64,000 nt of DNA from Octopus vulgaris (lineage: Eukaryota): positions 4,464,001 through 4,528,000 of the forward strand of contig OX597831.1 in the NCBI GenBank assembly GCA_951406725.2. The letters run 5' to 3'. Shown piece after piece: positions 55,345-64,000 of this stretch (within the stretch, counting starts at the first letter, position 1; each line of letters opens with the position of its first letter). The translations under genes were made by a program, and so were the position numbers. A model generated the notes under the pieces. It did no database searches. It was not told where the DNA came from and saw only the letters and a program-made list of their open reading frames with translations.

Positions 55345-55377
<33 letters not shown>

Positions 55378-55469
55378 GCATGTAGTTGAGCTTATTTCCT
55401 GAAGACAATCTGCTGATCATCTCTCCTTAGCATTCTTTATTAACTACATATATATATATACGCACATAC

Positions 55470-55524
<55 letters not shown>

Positions 55525-55532
55525 TGTATATA

Positions 55533-55655
55533 TGGAGGATTCACAAAAAAAAACCAAAGACGAAGACAGGTGGTGTAGACAACAAACAGATGTATTAGTT
55601 TAACGCTTGGGAAGTGAAAACGTCTTTAACGTTTCGAGCCTACGCTCTTCTACAG

Positions 55656-55656
<1 letters not shown>
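55533..55656 (-). mobile_element. HHR-bearing repeat, family H7
   Basis: Minus strand CTGTAGA-A-GAG-cgtagg-CTC-GAAA-CG-TT-aaag, within (TA)n. Confidence 0.72.
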
Positions 55657-55687
<31 letters not shown>

Positions 55688-56357
55688 GTATGTATATACA
55701 TATGTATATACATACATACATATATATATATGTAAGTATATGTATATATATTTCTATATATGTATATGCACACACATACACATCTAAATGTATGTATACA
55801 TGTATGTATGTATGTATGCGCATACACACACAGATATATATATATATATTTGTGTGTGTGTGTTTATGTGTATGTGTGTGTAACTGTGTTTGTCGATAAG
55901 GAAATACACACGTTGATAACATGCTACTTGCGAATATGAAATTTTCTCACATAGGTCTTCATGCACATTCACGTATACATATGATTGTTTTAGTGGCCAA
56001 GGAGAATTGAGGTACGCTCGAGCGAGAACAGTTGGTACCTGAACTGAGACTTGATGGCGAAGTGTAATTTTCGAGAAGAGAATCGACGAAGAGAGTTTGA
56101 CAGAAGCGAATAATGGGCTTGAGGTAGCTTGAGTGGGAAGAAAGAAGATTGAGGTAAGAAATGGAACTTGCTCGGTTTGTTCAAATTCTTGGAAGGGATG
56201 GGTTACTCATAGAAAGAGAAATACGAATATGAAGTGGGATTCCAGAATCTGGAATAGCAAAGTAGCATATGTAGGCTTTACTATGGATTTAAAGTAGGGA
56301 GTGCGGAGTGAAACTGCAATGACTATATAAATTCTGCAGCTGAAGATCAATCTAATC

Positions 56358-56620
56358 TAGTGGTTCTCAACTACTTTTTGCTTATGGAGCCCTTTGATTT
56401 CTATTTTATTTAGGGAGTAGGGTCTCATAGCCATTCGATGTCTAAAAACTCCTATTGTATTATGATTCAATGCTATCAAGAATTGTATTAAAAAATTTTG
56501 TGTATTGTAGAAAAAAAATATTTTATGCATTGTAGAAACTAGATTATTGCACAGAAATTTTAACGACAAATCTGATATAGATGCCCCAAGGGCCAAATGA
56601 GCTGTGGTTGAGAGCCACTG
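56358..56620. mobile_element. hAT-like MITE
   Basis: TIRs tagtggttctcaac and gttgagagccactg, with an imperfect 8-bp TSD atctaatc/atctaagt. Confidence 0.75.
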
Positions 56621-57084
56621 ATCTAAGTAGACGATTAATAAGTGGTGCGATGTGCTGTAAAGCGGTTGAAGGGAAAATCGGAAACGAAGCTCATTCTATT
56701 CAGATGACGCTTAAGGCCAAATAGCGTCTACCATGCAAAAAAAATAGCGTCTACCATGCAACACTCCACCAAAATAGTTGATAAATGAACTGCTTACTTC
56801 AAAATAGTGGGGTCAATGTACTGAGTCTAATTTTGAGCTGAAGAGAGCCAACAAAACAAAAATGGGGGAATTAATCTGATGCTAAAACTCCTTGGACAGA
56901 GGACAGCGGGGTGGAGAGAGAGGAGGTACTTAGAGAAGCGAAGGCATATAGAGGTGACTGGTTCTGGTGTGAAGCAGTGATCGAGGTATAACGTAAAGAT
57001 TATATTCATATTCATTTCTACCATTTCGTTTGACCACACATAAGACACCAGTGTTGGTCACGGGAGGTGAATATTTTCATAGTC

Positions 57085-57430
57085 AACAAAGATGGTGGCT
57101 GCTGGAAGACCCTAATGTCTGGCAACCGGACTCTGCATTGTACCACACAAACAGGAGAACCATGTCATGGCTGTCAGACAATTTCCGTGATCACATCACC
57201 CCTAACATCAGGTCACCTAACTCCCCAGACTGTTCATTATGTGAGGGGTGCAGTTGAGCGAGAGACCAACAGTAGAGTTACAGAAGATTCCGAAGTCGTC
57301 TGGAGACCGTGGTTGAAGCCAAAAGTGATTTTATTGGATAAATTTACTTTTTTAGTATTTCAAGATATTTTTATATAATTTTTAGTAAATATACCTGTTA
57401 AAATGAGATGTTAGTGATACTTTCATTTTT
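57085..57430 (+). mobile_element. Tc1/mariner (DD37D/maT-like) transposase fragment
   Basis: VWQPDSALYHTNRRTMSWLSDNFRDHITPNIRSPNSPDC...GAVERETN. Confidence 0.75.
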
Positions 57431-57467
57431 GCATATATAATATATAATGTGTATATGTATATATGGA

Positions 57468-57830
57468 AGTACTCCGTCGGTTACGACGACGAGGGTTCCG
57501 GTTGATCCGATCAACGGAACAGCCTGCTCGTGAAATTAACGTCTAAGTGGCTGAGCACACCACATACACGTGTACCCTTAACGCAGTTCTCGGGGATATT
57601 CAGCGTGACACAGAGAGTGACAAGGCCGGCCCTTTGAAATACAGGAAGTAAGAGTGAGAGAAAGTTGTGGTGAAAGAGTACAGCAGGGATCACCACCATC
57701 CATACCGGAGCCTCGTGGAGCTTTTAGGTGTTTTCGCTCAATAAACACTCACAACGCCCGGTCTGGGGATCGAAACCGCGATTTTACGACCGCGAGTCCG
57801 CTGCCCTAACCACTGGGCCATTGCGTCTCC
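57468..57830 (-). mobile_element. SINE family B
   Basis: Near-identical to 4183-4565. Confidence 0.9.
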
Positions 57831-57904
57831 ATATGTATATATATATATCACAGTTACATATATATATTATATTCTTTGCTCGTATATATATATATATATA
57901 CACG

Positions 57905-57967
<63 letters not shown>

Positions 57968-58019
57968 ATATATAATGAAGAAAACTCAAGAAAAAACAAC
58001 AACGCGATTACATGGTACA

Positions 58020-58160
58020 CGACGGGCTTCCTTCGGTTTCCGCCTACCAAATCCACTCACAAGGCTTTTGTCGGCCCGTGGCCAAAGTAGAAAACACCCG
58101 GCGTACCACCAATGTACTATGCGGTGGGACTGAATCCGGAACCATGCTGGGAAGCAAGAT
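58020..58160 (-). mobile_element. SINE family A, 5' part
   Basis: gtttccgcctaccaaatccactcacaaggc...gggactgaatccggaaccatg. Confidence 0.75.
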
Positions 58161-58209
58161 TCTTGCATACACACACACACACACACACACACACAGATAC
58201 GTACGCACA

Positions 58210-58415
58210 CACACACATATATATATAAATAGCTGAAATTTACCGAAAACAAAAGACGAAGACAGGTGTATGAACAACAAGCAGGTGTATTAGTTTGACG
58301 CCCGGGAAAGTGAGGAAGTCTTTTAGGTTTCGAGCCTACGCTCTTCAACAGAAAGGAATATGAGGAAATGAACGGGATAATATAAAAATTGTGGATTTAG
58401 CGATCAATCATGGCA
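58210..58415 (-). mobile_element. HHR-bearing repeat, family H7
   Basis: Minus strand at 58320-58355 reads cttt-CTGTTGA-A-GAG-cgtagg-CTC-GAAA-CC-TA-aaag. Confidence 0.72.
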
Positions 58416-58918
58416 ACTGATAGACATTTGAATAAACCACACACACACGCCATCCACCCGGAGCCACACCTTTAACTTATTGACAACTCACCTACAAATA
58501 ACCTCTATGCCTCACACAAATAAAAACCGTTTTATATCTCGTTGGTGGCTGTCGTTGCTATTGCCTTCATTGTTGCTTATGTTGTTGTTATTATTATCAT
58601 TATTATTATTATTATTATTATTATCATTATTATTATTATTATTATTATTATCATTATTATTATTATTATTATTGTTATTATTTTTATTAACAAGAAGAAC
58701 AATTTTATTGTTATGATAATCAATTATCTCTTGAGTGCTACTACGTTACGCTGAAGCAGAGTAGTGAAGGTGGTGGTACTGGTGGTGGTGGTGGGGGTGG
58801 GGGTGGTGGTGGTTGTGGTGGCGGTGGCGAATTTAAAACTGGGTAAACACCTGTGTATTTGTGCTCTTGTAGCAGGAAGAGAATGGTTTCATATGCATAT
58901 ATAAATGTATGTATATGT

Positions 58919-58971
<53 letters not shown>

Positions 58972-59515
58972 TGCACACGTACAGGCACACACACACAAAC
59001 ACGCACACACACACACGCACACCACGCACGCACACAAACACACACATGTATGTACGCACAAACAAACACGTATATGTATATGTGTAAATATGTATATATT
59101 TATACGCATACATATTTGTGTACGTGTTTTTCTTTGTTTGTGTATATATACATATATGTGTGTGTATATATATCTATATGTAACTGTGTGTCTCTATCTA
59201 TACGCACACACACGCACATATATATGTATTATGTGTGTAAATATGTATGTATATATATATATGTATATACACGCATAAATATATGTGTATATATACATAT
59301 ATATATATATATATGTGTGTGTGTATGTATTCACCTATATGTATCTGTGTGTCTATCTATCTACCTATCATCTATCTATATATATACACACATACGTACA
59401 TATATATGTATGTAAGTGTGTAAATATGTATATATATGCGCTTACATATGTGTGTATGATTATACATATATGTATCTGTATGTGTGTGTGTCTCTCTCTC
59501 TCTCTATCTACACAC

Positions 59516-59561
<46 letters not shown>

Positions 59562-59705
59562 GTAAGTGTGAAAATATATATATTTATACGCATTTATATG
59601 TGCGTACGTGTGTGTGTTTGTGAGTGTGTATATATACATATATATATGTGTGTGTGTGTGTATGTATGTATCTGTATGTATCTGTGTGTCTCTCTATTTA
59701 TCTAT

Positions 59706-59780
<75 letters not shown>

Positions 59781-59914
59781 CATACATACATACATACATA
59801 CATACATACATACATACATACATACATACATACATACATACATACATACATACACATACATACATACATACATACATGCACACATACATACATACATACA
59901 TACATACATACATT

Positions 59915-59948
<34 letters not shown>

Positions 59949-60191
59949 AAAGCTTACACACCTGAAGAAAGCCACGGTTGGGCAGACGGTCAACGACTTA
60001 TTTTGTATATTATTACACCTACAACGAATTCGTGTAAATTAATTCTAGCAATATGTAAACACACGCACACACGCACATACACACACATACTAGTATATGC
60101 ATCAGCGCAAACATATACACAAGTATATACAAAATAGCGTGAAATAAATAGATGGCATTAGGGGCGTACAAGTATTTGTGTATTTGCAAAA

Positions 60192-60277
<86 letters not shown>

Positions 60278-60337
60278 GTACAGGCATATAGGCATACATA
60301 CATACATGTATACATACATATAAATATTTATATTTAA

Positions 60338-60386
<49 letters not shown>

Positions 60387-60493
60387 CATACATACATACA
60401 TACATACATACATACATACATACATACATACATACACACTTGCATACATACATAACATATGTCTTCGTCTTTTGTTTTTCTGTAAATTTCAAC

Positions 60494-61697
60494 TGGGTTG
60501 GCAATATATACAGTTTTTTTTAAATTTGGGAATCTATTTGTTTTTTTGTTTTTTTTTTGTAGTTAATTTTAGTTAATTTGTTTTTATTTTCAGATCATTA
60601 AAATGGAATGTCAAATTAAGAAAAACGGGCATTTTCGGAACCTCCTTTTTGCTTTTAATCAAGGTTCGAAGGCCGCAAAGCTGCTCGTGATATTTGTGCT
60701 GTGTATGGAAAGGGTGGCATAGCTGAAAGAACCCGCTCGTGATTGGTATGCCAAGTTGAAAAATGGAAATTTTGACCTCAAAGACGCACCTCATTCTGGC
60801 CGTCCAGTTGAGTTCGATGAAGAGCGATTAAACGAACTTTTGGACGAAAATTCTCGTCAAACGACAAGGGAACTGTCAGAGAAAATGGAATGCTCCCACA
60901 CTGCTATAGAGAAGCATCTTCACTCGATGGGAAAGGTTCAGAAGTATGGAGCATGGGTTCCGCTTGCTTTAAGTAACAACAACAAAAATCAATGAGCCAC
61001 AATCCCCGCTGGTTTTCTTGCTCGTCACCGCTCAACTCATGGACGCAAACAACGATTTCTTTACCGAATCGTTACTGGCGACGAAAAATGGTGCCTGTAC
61101 ATCAATATAAAGCAGCGTAAGGAATGGCTTAGTCCCGGTGAAACAAAATCTTCTTCCGTGTAAAACGATGTTGTTCGTATGGTTGGACTGGGAAGGGTTT
61201 ATCCATTACGAATTGCTTGAACGGAACCAAACGGTCAACGCGGAACTCTATGTTCAACAGATGGAACGACTCAACACGGCTATTCAAGAGAAAAGACCTA
61301 ATCGGCAGCATGGAGTTCTTCTGCTGCACGACAACGCCCGCCCTCATATCGCCAATATGACCAAAGAAGCCATTCAAATGCATGGCTGGGAAGTATTTCC
61401 ACACCCGCCGTACTCTCCTGATTTGGCACCAGCGGATTTCCACCTCTTTCGATCTCTTTCAAATGCTATGCGCAGAGTTTCGTTCGATACTGATGCAGAA
61501 TTGAGAACTTGTTTGGATCAATATTTTGAGTCGAAATCGGGTGATTTCTACCAACGAGTTATTGAAAATCTTGTTGAACGTTGGGAAGAAGTTGTAAACA
61601 ACAAGGGTGAATACACTGATTAATTAGTTGATTATTTTATTAAACCTTTTAAAAAATTTAAACTTAAAAAAAAAACGGCGGGAACTTAGTTGCCAGC

Positions 61698-61701
<4 letters not shown>
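60494..61701 (+). mobile_element. Mariner (DD34D) transposon, inactive
   Basis: TIR remnants tgggttggcaa and ttgccagcccaa. Transposase 60603-61623 has DAPHSGRP, WVP, IVTGDEKW, LLHDNARPH and PYSPDLAPAD, with frameshifts and a stop. Confidence 0.95.
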
Positions 61702-61763
<62 letters not shown>

Positions 61764-61840
61764 GATCTATATATGTACATATATCTATAAGCACGCACAT
61801 GTATCTATTAATATACATGTACACACAGGAATGTATGCAT

Positions 61841-61882
<42 letters not shown>

Positions 61883-62294
61883 GCACAAAATATTTTATAT
61901 TTATATACATAATAACAAGGGGTCGGCTTTACGGCTCATCATGCACTGCTAGAAATAGACGCTAAAGCACTATTTCCACCTTAAAATCTCAGAGAAATAA
62001 CACACCATATTGTAGGTAAGAAAAAGAATAATAATGAATCCACGAGGTTGATCAACTCCGCACCCGATCGGATTTGAAGCATAAAATAAAATTAGAATAT
62101 TTAACTTACTGCTATTACTAGCGGAAGTACTCCGTAAGATAATTTTGCGCGTATTTCAAAATATGCATGCGATCGGTGACATCGGATGACCAATATCCAT
62201 CTTCACTTGCAAAAATATCTCGCCAGGTATAATTCAGACACAGACACAGACACAAACACACACACACACATATATATATATGCATATACATATA

Positions 62295-62873
62295 TACGAC
62301 GAGCTTCCTTCCGTTTCCGTCTATCAAATCCACTCACAAGGCTTTGGTCGGCCCGAGGCTATAGTAGAAGACTCTTGCCCAAGATGCCACGCAGTGGGAC
62401 TGAACCCGGAACCATGTGTTTGGCAAGCAAGCTACTTACCACACAGCCACTCCTGCGCCTATAGGGTTAAATTATTATTGATTTTACCTTATATAAAAAA
62501 CAATATTTTTTACTCTTTTACTTGTTTCAGTCATTTGAATGCGGCCATGCTGGAACACCGCCTTTAGTCGAACAAATCGACCCAGGGACTTATTCTTTGT
62601 TAAGTCTAGTATTTATTCTATCGTTCTCTTTTGCCGAAACGTTAACTTACGGTGGTGGTGGGGACAAACACAGACACACAAACATATATATATATATAAA
62701 TATATATCCGACGAGCTTCTTTTCAGTTTCCATCTACCAAAGCCACTCACAAAGCTTTGGTCAGCTCGAAGATAAAGTAGAAGACACTTGGCCTGGGTGC
62801 CACGCAGTGGGACTGAACCCGGAACCATATGGTTGGGAAGCAAGGTTCTAACCACGCACCCACGCCTGCGCCT
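62295..62873 (-). mobile_element. Two SINE family A copies (62295-62462 and 62508-62873)
   Basis: Both match the family A copies. Confidence 0.88.
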
Positions 62874-63074
62874 AGTACAGTCGTATATAGTTGTATATAT
62901 AGTATATAGTTGTACACACATCAAATTCTATAGCATATACACAATTATTTATGCACATAACCATATGCATATCAGTATAAGTATCCATCCATACATTTCT
63001 AGCATATCTACATATATATACATATATATACATACATTTCTAACGTGCATATATATTTAAGTAAATTAAAAGCT

Positions 63075-63240
63075 GTCCTGTGCAGGTGTTAAACTATAAT
63101 GCCTTTCGTTATTGGCCAGGTATTTTCACTATAAATACTCCAGTGTCTTCATAAAGGCTGCTATGCAAATGACGTCACAATCTCACCATTCATAGCTCGA
63201 ATCAATATGGCTGAAAAGACGGAAATGAATTGCCGGTGAG
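63075..63240. promoter_or_regulatory. Candidate enhancer/promoter (overlapping octamer and CRE)
   Basis: ATGCAAAT at 63163-63170 overlaps TGACGTCA at 63170-63177. Also AGGTGTTAA at 63084 and TATAAATA at 63130. Confidence 0.3.
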
Positions 63241-63395
63241 ACAGCGCTTGTTGTTCATGAATAAAGAAATATACGATTTACATACACACACACGTGCTGA
63301 GCTGAGACCCCGTTCATACACATACATACACACATATATACATATGTATATATATATATATACACATACACACATATATATATATATATATATAC

Positions 63396-63463
<68 letters not shown>

Positions 63464-63492
63464 ATATATATATGTCTGTATATCTATATATG

Positions 63493-63554
<62 letters not shown>

Positions 63555-63822
63555 AGAATTCACAAAAGACACACATATACACATGTATATACATATATAT
63601 ATATACATACATACACATAGACATATGTATGTATGTATATATATATCCATGTACATATGTATGTATTTATGTATGTGTATTTATAAATGCGTGTTTATAT
63701 ATACATGTGTGTATGTGTTTGAGTGTGTATATACTGTATATATATATACATATAAATGTGTGTGTGTATGTATATATCTATATGTATCTGTCTCTCCCCC
63801 CCTCTCTCTCTCTCTCTTTATT

Positions 63823-63870
<48 letters not shown>

Positions 63871-64000
63871 TACTGAATTGCAGTAGGTTATTAGAGGTCA
63901 GGATGATGGTATTGATAGTGGTGGTGGTGGTAGTGGATGGGTCGTGTGAATGGCAATGATGATGATGGCGGTGTTGTTGACGGTGATGGTGTTCGTGATG

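Noticed and set aside
55985-56340. Decayed LINE 3' region on the minus strand
   Set aside because: Only an SFFP-like trace, not enough to classify.

Overview
Repeat-dominated eukaryotic intronic or intergenic DNA. The (TA)n/(CATA)n/(CA)n microsatellite load and the tRNA-SINE families resemble octopus/coleoid cephalopod genomes; this taxon call is inference. No host protein-coding gene is supported, and most predicted ORFs are microsatellite artefacts. The window holds decayed LINEs (RTE x2, CR1-like x3, Tx1/L1-like, R4/Dong-like RLE), Tc1/mariner transposons, MITEs, many SINEs and a 4.2 kb 39-bp minisatellite. The main hidden signal, found by manual folding, is about 15 type-I hammerhead-ribozyme (HHR) motifs from at least 9 unrelated short non-coding repeat families, mostly embedded in (TA)n tracts. 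Several have palindromic stem III or variant cores (U4C, U3-A8, A6U, extra A after A9). Two sit in partial tandem units (517 and 342 bp), and several show Penelope-type inverted ends. This points to a diverse population of retrozyme-like or Penelope-derived ribozyme retroelements. Catalytic activity is untested.
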